Made by a program: the position numbers and the translations under genes. Of a DNA stretch of 64,000 nt, positions 1 to 8,361 are shown piece after piece. The notes beneath the pieces are model-generated. The model was given only the letters and a program-made list of their open reading frames with translations, did no database searches and was not told the origin of the DNA. This DNA comes from a virus: IMG/VR virus record IMGVR_UViG_3300042520_001372; one strand, written 5' to 3'. Position 1 is the stretch's first letter. Each line of letters starts with the position of its first letter.

Positions 1-28
1 GCTAATTTTCATATTATTAATATATGAA

Positions 29-484
29 TTAAGCTCCTAAAATGCCAATATATTCTAGAGCATCCATGAAGTCTTTTTCTTCAAAGTACTTAGCTGTAGA
101 CATATCCATTCTGAATTCATAGTATTCGTTCTTCTTGCCTGGCTTAGGATACTTCTTCTTCTCCTCTTCCTTGACAGGAACTGCCTTAACTCCGGTCCAT
201 CTCCATTCACTCTTATTTGATCCTTGAGCAAATACCATTCCTTTATCGGGCTGGTTAACCGTATTTGGCATCCAGATCTTACCTTCTGCATCTTTAAAGA
301 ATAGATCTTTGTAGAGCTCAGGAAGAATTTCTGCCTGTAAAGTAATAAATTCGCTTCCTTCAGTCATAACAGTGTTGGTAATAAACCCGCAACCGTAACA
401 AAGGTAGTTAGTAACTTCAGGAGAGACTTCCTGAGTGTAGCAAGCATCGGAGCCGCATCTATCGCAGATTGTTAAATTGTCCAT
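29..484 (-). CDS. Hypothetical protein with N-terminal zinc-ribbon (CxxC...CxxC)
   Basis: CDRC and CYGC pairs in ORF; coupled to upstream gene. Confidence 0.6.
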   Translation of the reverse strand: MDNLTICDRCGSDACYTQEVSPEVTNYLCYGCGFITNTVMTEGSEFITLQAEILPELYKDLFFKDAEGKIWMPNTVNQPDKGMVFAQGSNKSEWRWTGVKAVPVKEEEKKKYPKPGKKNEYYEFRMDMSTAKYFEEKDFMDALEYIGILGA

Positions 485-669
485 TTAGTCTTTTTTTTAT
501 AGTCTTCTAAAGCTTTCAAGGATGCTTTTCTTTGAACTACTTTAGTTTTAGTCACGTAGTTATTCATATACTTACCCAGAAGTCTTTCGTGGGTTAGTTT
601 CTGTACCTCTCTCCGGGTACGTCTGAAGAGGTATCTAAAGTTTAAGATAACTGTTAGTAAGTCTTTCAT
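472..669 (-). CDS. Small basic hypothetical protein
   Basis: 65-aa ORF filling the gap, with start/stop overlaps on both sides; start uncertain. Confidence 0.4.
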   Translation of the reverse strand: MKDLLTVILNFRYLFRRTRREVQKLTHERLLGKYMNNYVTKTKVVQRKASLKALEDYKKKTKWTI

Positions 670-1970
670 TATAGCTTTTTAAGTTTAGGTAGTTCAATTT
701 TCTTTAACTGAGGTAGTTGAAGCTTTATCTCCTTTGGGAATTCAGGTATATGCTTGGTTAATAACGTATCTAATCTCTCTTTCATCTTATCATAAGAGAA
801 TTCAGTTTTCGACCTATAAGCCTGTCTCTTTGCTCCGTCAGTATACTTTTTGTAGTTCTCAAATACATCCCTCATTTTTGCTCCTAACATACCTGCATCA
901 GGTGAAAACCATTGAGCGCCTTCTAAAATAATTCCCGGTACGTAAGCACTTGGATGGACTGGTTTTAGTTTTCCTGGGATTAAGGTAACGAATTCTGAAT
1001 CTAAATAATCTAAGTGTCCAGACCAATCACTAACTAGGATCGGTTTCTTTATTAACGAAAATTCTAATAAAGGTCTTCCAAAGCCTTCACCCTTGGTTAG
1101 ATTAACCATTGCTTTTACTTTAGGGTGATTATATAGCTGGTTAACCTCTTGATCGGAAAACTCTCCATGAAGTAGGTAGACGTTCGGGATATTAACAGAA
1201 TTGACAGTCTTTCTGATTGAGGCAATTCTTTTTAGTATCTCTTCTCGGTCCATATAAGAAGTTCCGCCCATTGAAGTTTTAAGTATCAATGCAGGTTTTT
1301 TAGCTTTATTCTTAAATGTTTCATAGAATGCTTTGATGAGTAACCCAACATTCTTTCTATCCTCTCCAAGGTCTCCTTGCAGCCAATGACCGACAAATAA
1401 ATAAGCGAAGTCTTCCTTAATGCTAGAAAGATTAATATCAACTACCTCTTTAGATTCTAAAGGAAGATATTTCGTAATATCTACTCCTTCAAATAAAACC
1501 TCTAAAGGCTTTTCAAGCTTAATAGTTCGTATTAACTGATTTGTTTTTTTATCTTTCTCTTCGAAGTTTGATTTCTCTAAAGCCTCTTTTGAAAATGTAG
1601 ATGATACGAAAGTAATATCCATTCTATTTAGTCCTTCAATCCACTCCGGCGCACACATCGTAGTCTCAACTCCGGCTGTAAAGCCGATGTTGTATTTACC
1701 TACAGCCTGGAATTCATTAGGAACTGTTAACTGAGACCAGATTTCTGGCTGACGGGGTAATTGAGGAGATGTTAAAATATGTTCTTTAAGAAAGCCCCAA
1801 TCCTCTTTAAAGTCTTCGATAAAGCCCCAGGGAGTACTTCCCCATCTTTGTGGTAGTATCTTAACATCATACTTGTCGAGTTCGATGATTGCTTTAACTA
1901 AGTCTCTTGATCTTGATCCATACCCGGAATAGGTATCTATCGGGCAACTAATTACGTATAATGGCTTCAT
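669..1970 (-). CDS. Glycosyltransferase, GT-B/GT4-like
   Basis: SGYG N-terminal motif, RKN motif, EGFGRPLLE donor-binding signature. Confidence 0.85.
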   Translation of the reverse strand: MKPLYVISCPIDTYSGYGSRSRDLVKAIIELDKYDVKILPQRWGSTPWGFIEDFKEDWGFLKEHILTSPQLPRQPEIWSQLTVPNEFQAVGKYNIGFTAGVETTMCAPEWIEGLNRMDITFVSSTFSKEALEKSNFEEKDKKTNQLIRTIKLEKPLEVLFEGVDITKYLPLESKEVVDINLSSIKEDFAYLFVGHWLQGDLGEDRKNVGLLIKAFYETFKNKAKKPALILKTSMGGTSYMDREEILKRIASIRKTVNSVNIPNVYLLHGEFSDQEVNQLYNHPKVKAMVNLTKGEGFGRPLLEFSLIKKPILVSDWSGHLDYLDSEFVTLIPGKLKPVHPSAYVPGIILEGAQWFSPDAGMLGAKMRDVFENYKKYTDGAKRQAYRSKTEFSYDKMKERLDTLLTKHIPEFPKEIKLQLPQLKKIELPKLKKL

Positions 1971-3406
1971 TAATATTTTAATTTATGAACTATCTTCTTT
2001 CTAGCAACTTCTCCTGCAAGGATTAATTCGTATTTTTCTCTCGGTGTCCAAGTTTCAAATAGAGTATCCATATGCTTAACGATTCTTTCTCCCATGATTT
2101 TAGAAGTAAACCCTGCTTCCGGACCTGCAGCCCACTTCCTACCAGCTTCACCTCTCCTCTTTCTCTCTGTATTTCCAAGCAAGTACACCTCCTCGATCAT
2201 CTGAGCAGCATCCTCTGCTTCACATCTATCATCCCAGATGTAAGGAGTTGGTACTGAACCTTGGATTGATCTTGAGACTGGATAGACTGGGAATGCCCAC
2301 TCTCCATGCTCTCTATAAGTACCTCTGTGATTGGATGGGAAATCGTAATCAAAGTCCATCCATACTCCATCTTTAACAAATCTCATCTGGTCTTGCATTC
2401 CACCGGTAACGTTTGCAATAATAGGCATACCTACAAGTAGAGCCTCAGTCAAACATAAACCCCATCCCTCATTCGAGGTTAATAGTATGCAAGTATCTGC
2501 GAGGTTATACAACCAGTTCATCCGAGTATGATCGAACATACCTCCTGTGAAATGAACGTTGATATGCTCCTCCGAACAGAATAATTCAACGACTGCATTT
2601 AAGTCTGTTCCATGCTCTTCAACCGGCTGGGTATGCATAAGAAGTAAACACTTCTTTGCTTTCTCTTTTGGAAGACTATCCACGAAGTGTCTGAATGCTA
2701 AGATTGTATCCGGGATCTGTTTCCGGCGAATGTTCCTGGAATTAAATAGAACGACGAAGTCGATCTCCTTTCCTTGAAACATCTGCTTTTTAAACTCCGT
2801 AAACTCTTTTGAACCTAATACGTCTTCAGTTAACGGTTTAAAATTGTCTTCGTTTACTCCATGAGGTACATACTCAATCATTTTATATTGAGCTTTATCT
2901 CCTAAGACTAATTTATTGATATTAACTGTCTGCTTTGAAATGCCGAACAATGCATCACACGACTCATAAAACTCTTTATTGTAGAGAGGTGCCGGATAGT
3001 CATCCCAAATATTCAAATACACGATCGGGATGTGTCTCCGGATCTCATTCTCCATTTGGAATAACCAAGTCCAATATCTTGGATCGGTAATGATGAAGAT
3101 TGCATCCGGCTTCTCCATTTGAATTAACTGGCGGGTTAGATCGGGATTTCCGTACCCGTCTGTCGGATAGAGCATCACCGAGGAATCCTGGATGCCGGCT
3201 TGCCTGTTAGTATCCTCGGAGAGATCAAAGCGTTGACCAGCTTCTGGATGCTTGACAGCTCCTCCTAAGTTAACCCAATTAAAGTGGTGAGCTGTATTGA
3301 TCACAAGCTCCCGACCCATGTGAGCGATACCGGAATGAACCCGAATGTCATCGCACATTAATAAAATTTTCTTTCGTTTGTCTTTTCGTATGTAACCGTC
3401 TTTCAT
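1970..3406 (-). CDS. Glycosyltransferase, GT-B/GT4-like
   Basis: VPHGV, RNIRRKQ, EGWGLCLTEA signature. Confidence 0.85.
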   Translation of the reverse strand: MKDGYIRKDKRKKILLMCDDIRVHSGIAHMGRELVINTAHHFNWVNLGGAVKHPEAGQRFDLSEDTNRQAGIQDSSVMLYPTDGYGNPDLTRQLIQMEKPDAIFIITDPRYWTWLFQMENEIRRHIPIVYLNIWDDYPAPLYNKEFYESCDALFGISKQTVNINKLVLGDKAQYKMIEYVPHGVNEDNFKPLTEDVLGSKEFTEFKKQMFQGKEIDFVVLFNSRNIRRKQIPDTILAFRHFVDSLPKEKAKKCLLLMHTQPVEEHGTDLNAVVELFCSEEHINVHFTGGMFDHTRMNWLYNLADTCILLTSNEGWGLCLTEALLVGMPIIANVTGGMQDQMRFVKDGVWMDFDYDFPSNHRGTYREHGEWAFPVYPVSRSIQGSVPTPYIWDDRCEAEDAAQMIEEVYLLGNTERKRRGEAGRKWAAGPEAGFTSKIMGERIVKHMDTLFETWTPREKYELILAGEVARKKIVHKLKY

Positions 3407-3415
3407 AATATAACT

Positions 3416-3446
3416 TTAAAATAACTAATTAGTGGGAGGAAGGCAA
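3416..3446 (-). promoter_or_regulatory. Bacteroidota-type (early/middle) promoter TTG-N20-TATTTTAA
   Basis: Minus strand reads TTG ccttcctcccactaattagt TATTTTAA just upstream of the GT gene. Confidence 0.5.
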
Positions 3447-3448
3447 GC

Positions 3449-3637
3449 TTATTTCTCTTGATAATCGATAATTGCCTTTCGAAAGTCTTTATCGTTCAAA
3501 TAAAGGTGAATGCATTTATTTACAAGGTTATGCAGAGTGAACCGGTCGCGTACGCACTCTACTTTAAAATCATTGAACTGGTCTTGTTCCACCTTCACGG
3601 AGGTTAATACCATTGTTTTAGTTGTATCTTTTGTCAT
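3449..3637 (-). CDS. Small putative DNA-binding (ribbon-helix-helix-like) protein
   Basis: 62 aa; short strand (LTSVKV) followed by two helices. Confidence 0.45.
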   Translation of the reverse strand: MTKDTTKTMVLTSVKVEQDQFNDFKVECVRDRFTLHNLVNKCIHLYLNDKDFRKAIIDYQEK

Positions 3638-3687
3638 AAATATATCTTTATAATAAATATATACTGTCCTAAATTCGCGATCTAGAT

Positions 3688-4641
3688 TTATTTAAACTTC
3701 GCCCCTGCATGCTCGCAGTGCCTTGGCTGTTCGTAGAACGGACAAAACTTACAAGCACTAGCCGAGGGTGTTCTTGCATACACTCTCTCTTTTATCTCCC
3801 CTGTCGGTTCGAAACATTCTTTAATAAACTCTTCCATCTTACCAACTGCTTTCTTAGTCTTAATCGGACCTGAAGCTGGAATGAACTCCTGCACTCTCTT
3901 CTGAACGAAATCAGATTGTTCCCAAAGCTTTCTTTTAACAATAAAGAACTTAATATGAATCTTCTCCGGATTAACTCCGAACTGCTTATTAAAGAAATTC
4001 TTATAGAGGATCAATTGAGATTGTTTCATCTCGTCTTTCTTATCCTTGTCACCCCAACCTCTGGTCGAAGTCTTGATATCAAAGATATGATACTCGTCTG
4101 AAGGTTCATGATATAGAACTAAGTCAATAAAGCCTTTGAATAATACTCCCGGATGGTCTTCAATAGGTTGAATCATTAGTGGAATTTCAACTCCTACTAA
4201 ATGCCAACCCTGTTTGCCGAAGTAAGCTGCTCTATTCTTTTTAATATACTTAAGGATAGTGCAGCCGTCTTCGTAGAACTCCTGTAAGTCTTTCGCAGTA
4301 ACAAAATGCTCTCCGTTGTTATTCTTCTTCTCGTCTGAGTAATGGAAGATTAATCCTTCGTAAAGTTTATCTTCTAAGTCCATCGCATCGGCTGCCACTC
4401 CTGATACTTCATATAGGGTTGTTAGCCAGTCCTGAACTGTTTCATGGAATGCTTTACCGAACACAGTATGAATGGAAGGCTTATAGACTTTAATCTTGTC
4501 TTTATAAGTTAGCTTCCAACGGTGAGGACATTGATTATAGACCTGCATTTGAGAGTAAGAGATGTTCTTCTGAGTCTCTTTGTCGATCTCCAGAAGCTTA
4601 TGCTCCCGGATCTGCTTAATTACTTTCGGTAACTTGATCAT
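3688..4641 (-). CDS. PD-(D/E)xK nuclease, Cas4/RecB-like, probable Fe-S staple
   Basis: SYSQ..Y..CP, FG..FH, GFIDLV, DIKT, QL..Y, C-terminal CKFCP...C. Confidence 0.85.
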   Translation of the reverse strand: MIKLPKVIKQIREHKLLEIDKETQKNISYSQMQVYNQCPHRWKLTYKDKIKVYKPSIHTVFGKAFHETVQDWLTTLYEVSGVAADAMDLEDKLYEGLIFHYSDEKKNNNGEHFVTAKDLQEFYEDGCTILKYIKKNRAAYFGKQGWHLVGVEIPLMIQPIEDHPGVLFKGFIDLVLYHEPSDEYHIFDIKTSTRGWGDKDKKDEMKQSQLILYKNFFNKQFGVNPEKIHIKFFIVKRKLWEQSDFVQKRVQEFIPASGPIKTKKAVGKMEEFIKECFEPTGEIKERVYARTPSASACKFCPFYEQPRHCEHAGAKFK

Positions 4642-4852
4642 CGATCTCCTGTTTAAGTCTTTCTAAGTATAGAATACCGTCCATGAGTTCTTCTTGGGCG
4701 TGGTTGATCCATTCTACTTTACTTAGATCTTTTCTATCGAGAGTGTTGCTGTATTTCTTAAAGCCCATCTCGGCTCTATCAACAAACTTATTTAAGATAG
4801 AATCAACAATAGAATCAGGAATGAAGTTAGTATAATTAATCTTTCTGCTCAT
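4616..4852 (-). CDS. Small all-alpha protein, possible MazG-like nucleotide pyrophosphohydrolase
   Basis: KY..TL...W..HAQEELMD..LYL acidic helix motif. Confidence 0.45.
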   Translation of the reverse strand: MSRKINYTNFIPDSIVDSILNKFVDRAEMGFKKYSNTLDRKDLSKVEWINHAQEELMDGILYLERLKQEIDDQVTESN

Positions 4853-5081
4853 CAGCGTATTCCTCTCTTAAGTCTTTAGGTAAAGTATCTAATAGGATCT
4901 TTCCTGTCTTAACGTCGTAGAATACTGGGATGGGCATTACTGCATCTTCGTCAGTACCTGCAACAAAGCGAGAGATTTTCCTTAGGATCATTCCTTCGGC
5001 AAAAACGTGGTTACCTTCTGGTGATAATACCGGCTGGGTATTTTTAAGGTCGATGTTGAGTTTTAAGTCTTGTTGTTTCAT
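4836..5081 (-). CDS. Hypothetical protein
   Basis: 81-aa ORF coupled to neighbours. Confidence 0.6.
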   Translation of the reverse strand: MKQQDLKLNIDLKNTQPVLSPEGNHVFAEGMILRKISRFVAGTDEDAVMPIPVFYDVKTGKILLDTLPKDLREEYADEQKD

Positions 5082-5344
5082 AATTCGTAATCTCCGTAAA
5101 TGGAATATTGTTTTGGTTGTTCTTCTGGTATTTCTACTTCACTAGTTCTAATTGCAAATAATTTACCCTGGATTGGTTCCAGACGGTAGGCTAAAGGCTT
5201 TGAGGTTGCTTTCTGGTAATAAGCTTCTAAAGCATCAGTTATGCTCTTCCTGATCTCCATCTCCCCCTCCAAGGTCCATCTGTCCCCCGGCGGTGTTCTC
5301 TGTGCTATCAACTGTAAGCTCTCCTTGATTTCTGTCTTGTTCAT
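5078..5344 (-). CDS. Hypothetical protein
   Basis: 88-aa ORF, ATGA overlap with next gene. Confidence 0.6.
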   Translation of the reverse strand: MNKTEIKESLQLIAQRTPPGDRWTLEGEMEIRKSITDALEAYYQKATSKPLAYRLEPIQGKLFAIRTSEVEIPEEQPKQYSIYGDYEL

Positions 5345-5543
5345 CTTCTAATGGTTCAACTGTTTGTACTTCATTAACAAAGAAGTATTCGTCTCCGTGT
5401 TTGAATACTTTCTCGGCATGCCATGCCTCTTTTATTTCATTGGCTGATTCGGTAGGGAGAACAGCTCCAGGTCGAAGCTTTAAGATCCTAACAACCTCAT
5501 ACATGTTATCCTGTATAAGAACTATTCTCCCCTTGCCAACCAT
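5235..5543 (-). CDS. Hypothetical protein (C-terminus overlaps next gene by ~110 nt)
   Basis: Starts at groEL stop (TAATG overlap). Confidence 0.55.
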   Translation of the reverse strand: MVGKGRIVLIQDNMYEVVRILKLRPGAVLPTESANEIKEAWHAEKVFKHGDEYFFVNEVQTVEPLEDEQDRNQGELTVDSTENTAGGQMDLGGGDGDQEEHN

Positions 5544-7171
5544 TACCCTAGCATTAATTGATTAGACGCATCGTCCATGCTGTTAGAACCGTTCTCTGTA
5601 AGTTCATCTGCAACTACACATTCAGTCAATAGGATTGTTCCTGCTACTGATGCTGCATTCTCTAGAGCCGTTCTAGTTACTTTAAATGGATCAATGATAC
5701 CAGCATCTTTTAAATTAGTAACATTCTCTTCTGTAAGATTCCAACCTGTCCACTTATCGGAATTCGCGCAAATTTGCCCGCTAATATCAGATATTTGTTG
5801 GTACTCATAACCAGCATTAGTTAGAATTTTATAGAATGGCATTGTACATGCCATGTATATAATTTGATATCCGGTACTTGTCTCACTGGCAGTCCAGCTA
5901 GGCATACTTCGTAGTAAAGCAATTCCGCCGCCAGGAACAATTCCTTCAGCAATAGCAGCTCTTGTAGCATGTAAAGCATCCTCTACTCGGTCCTTCTTCT
6001 CTTTCATTTCAAGTTCTGAATTACCTCCAACGTGAATGATTGATACCCCGCCTGTAAATTTAGCTAAACGCTCCTGAAGCTTCTCCATCTCAAAAGGACT
6101 CTTTGCATTATCGATCTGAGCTTTCAAGTCTTCAATACGAGAAGTAATAGCTTCTACTTCACCTTTACCGTCGATGATAGTAGTAGATTCTTTCTGGATA
6201 TTAGCCTTGCGTGCTTCACCTAACCATGCTTTATCTACCCGGCTTAACTTCATTCCTTTCTCAGGAGAGATTACTTGACCGCCTGTCAAGACTGCAATGT
6301 CTTCCATGATAAGCTTTCTTCTATCTCCGAAGTCAGGAGCTTTAACTGCACATACTTTAATAGTACCTCTCATCTTATTTACAATCAAGGTAGCCAAAGC
6401 TTCATTATCAATATCTTCGCAGATGATCAACAACGATTTATTATCAGATGAAACTGATTCGAGGATAGGAAGTAAGTCCTTAGCCTGTGAAAGCTTCCCA
6501 TCATAAATTAAAACTAAGGGATTGTCTAACACTGAAGACATAGTTGCATTATCAGTAACGAAGTGAGGTGATTTAAATCCTCGATCGAACTGAATACCTT
6601 CAACTGTCTCTAAGTAGGTATCACCCGTCCTAGATTCTTCAATAGTAACAATCCCGTCTCTGCCTACTGCAGCTAATGCTGAAGTGATTAGAGAACCTAC
6701 CTCAGGGTCGTTGTTTGCAGACACAGAAGCGATCTGGTCTAACTGCCCCTCTGAAGTAATATCTTCAGCGATATTTTCTTTGATGTAAGCAATTACTTCT
6801 TTAACTGCTTTATCGATATCGCGTTTAATTTGTACTGCATTACCTCCGTTATCTAAGGCTTTTAATCCTTGATTGGTAATGAATTGAGCAAGTAGGGTTG
6901 CTGTAGTAGTTCCATCACCAGCAATGTTTGCTGTCTTGATAGCTGCTTGTTTAAGCATATCAACGGCGATTGAATGTACTGGGTCTTTCAAAGAGATAAT
7001 CTTTGCAACCGTAACTCCGTCCTTGGTAGAACGAACTTCACCTGTCTCATTTCTATAAACAACATTCCGGCCGTTAGGTCCTAAAGTTGCTGTAACTGCA
7101 TTTGCAATCTTATCAATTCCTTCTGATAATTTCTTGCGTGCTTGGTTTGAATATTCTATCTGTTTGCTCAT
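5543..7171 (-). CDS. groEL: Chaperonin GroEL
   Basis: TLGPNGRNV, TKDGVTVA, GDGTTTAT, KAPDFGDRRK, EGIVPGGG, DPFKVTR. Confidence 0.98.
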   Translation of the reverse strand: MSKQIEYSNQARKKLSEGIDKIANAVTATLGPNGRNVVYRNETGEVRSTKDGVTVAKIISLKDPVHSIAVDMLKQAAIKTANIAGDGTTTATLLAQFITNQGLKALDNGGNAVQIKRDIDKAVKEVIAYIKENIAEDITSEGQLDQIASVSANNDPEVGSLITSALAAVGRDGIVTIEESRTGDTYLETVEGIQFDRGFKSPHFVTDNATMSSVLDNPLVLIYDGKLSQAKDLLPILESVSSDNKSLLIICEDIDNEALATLIVNKMRGTIKVCAVKAPDFGDRRKLIMEDIAVLTGGQVISPEKGMKLSRVDKAWLGEARKANIQKESTTIIDGKGEVEAITSRIEDLKAQIDNAKSPFEMEKLQERLAKFTGGVSIIHVGGNSELEMKEKKDRVEDALHATRAAIAEGIVPGGGIALLRSMPSWTASETSTGYQIIYMACTMPFYKILTNAGYEYQQISDISGQICANSDKWTGWNLTEENVTNLKDAGIIDPFKVTRTALENAASVAGTILLTECVVADELTENGSNSMDDASNQLMLG

Positions 7172-7174
7172 AAC

Positions 7175-7486
7175 TTAAAAAGGTACTGATGTAAAATCGT
7201 CTTCGATGATAGCTAAGATTTGATTCTCTGGACCGATGTAGTAATCTTCTCCTTTGAATTCGAACTTAGTAAAGCCCATCGTTGGTAGAACGGCAATATC
7301 ACCGAACTTGGCTGTAGTCTTTACGAAACCAACTCCTGGGATTGTTATTCCGTCTCCGACAGATATTACCTGGCCGATCTTATTCTTTTCATTTCCTAAA
7401 TCTGGAACGATGATGTTCCCGTGTAACTCTTCCTCCAACTCGTAAGGCTTAAGGATAACTGCGTTATAAATTGCTTTTAATTTCAT
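7175..7486 (-). CDS. groES: Co-chaperonin GroES
   Basis: GNIIVPD mobile loop, G.VISVGDG; adjacent to groEL. Confidence 0.93.
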   Translation of the reverse strand: MKLKAIYNAVILKPYELEEELHGNIIVPDLGNEKNKIGQVISVGDGITIPGVGFVKTTAKFGDIAVLPTMGFTKFEFKGEDYYIGPENQILAIIEDDFTSVPF

Positions 7487-7770
7487 TTTATTGTTATTTG
7501 TTTTAGTTCTTGTAAACGTGTTTTATGACCGGAGATAAATTTCTGCAGGGAATCATAATCTTTATTCTTAATTGAATCTTCTGCAATCACATCTAAACAT
7601 CTTTCTAGATCAGAATAGTAACCAATCGTTTGATCTCTCTCTCTTCCGGAAGTTCCGGCAATAATTTTCTTAATAGCTGTGTAGCAATACTGATCGTATT
7701 GAATGTAATAGGGTTCTAATAACGGATCGGTAATCGTGTAAATACTCGAGTTTTTCTCTTTTTTATCCAT
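7483..7770 (-). CDS. Hypothetical protein, first gene of groES/EL unit
   Basis: 95-aa ORF with AAGTT-ATG start downstream of two promoter motifs. Confidence 0.65.
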   Translation of the reverse strand: MDKKEKNSSIYTITDPLLEPYYIQYDQYCYTAIKKIIAGTSGRERDQTIGYYSDLERCLDVIAEDSIKNKDYDSLQKFISGHKTRLQELKQITIK

Positions 7771-7780
7771 AACTTTACTT

Positions 7781-7827
7781 TTAATATACGAACTTTTATT
7801 TAAATTGCAACTTGTTTATTATAAATA
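7781..7827 (-). promoter_or_regulatory. Tandem promoters: late-type TATTTATA (7820-7827) plus TTG-N19-TATATTAA (7781-7810)
   Basis: Both recurrent motifs are present in a 57-nt intergenic gap. Confidence 0.6.
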
Positions 7828-8160
7828 TTAAATACCAAAACTTTCACCGCAGCCGCAAGTCCTGCTTGCGTTTGGGTTAGTGAATAGGAATCCTTTGCCG
7901 TTTAGGCCTTCAGTAAAGTCTAATTCGGTTCCTAATAAATACAGTAGAGATCTTTTATCAATAACTAATTTTAAACCTTGATCTTCTGATATTTCATCAA
8001 AAGGAACTATCGTATCATCAAAGTCTAAATCATAAGTTAGACCAGAACAACCTCCACCTTTCACCGATACTCTTAAAAAATGATCTTCGGTGCATTGTTC
8101 CTCCACCATCAGTTTGTCTAATTGGGATTTGGCTTTCGTGGTCAAAGTGAATATTTTCAT
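7828..8160 (-). CDS. iscA: Fe-S cluster assembly A-type carrier (IscA/HesB family)
   Basis: LRVSVKGGGCSG, NPNASRTCGCGESF. Confidence 0.95.
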   Translation of the reverse strand: MKIFTLTTKAKSQLDKLMVEEQCTEDHFLRVSVKGGGCSGLTYDLDFDDTIVPFDEISEDQGLKLVIDKRSLLYLLGTELDFTEGLNGKGFLFTNPNASRTCGCGESFGI

Positions 8161-8317
8161 TTCCTATGGTATGTTTTGGTTTGTATGGACAATTTAAGCA
8201 TTTATTTCCGCAACACCTACCTAATTTAAGTAAAGTTTCTGCTGATAATGGGAGTGGTTTTCGTTTTAAGCTGTACCAATCATCATCATCTAATCGTTCA
8301 AGTGTTGTTTTATCCAT
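8030..8317 (-). CDS. Small Cys-rich protein (DUF5522-like), C-terminus overlaps iscA
   Basis: LLKLGRCCGNKCLNCPY motif; TATTTATA upstream at 8350-8357. Confidence 0.6.
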   Translation of the reverse strand: MDKTTLERLDDDDWYSLKRKPLPLSAETLLKLGRCCGNKCLNCPYKPKHTIGNENIHFDHESQIPIRQTDGGGTMHRRSFFKSIGERWRLFWSNL

Positions 8318-8361
8318 TTAGATGTTTATTCTAATAATCGATTATTTTATATAAATATTGC

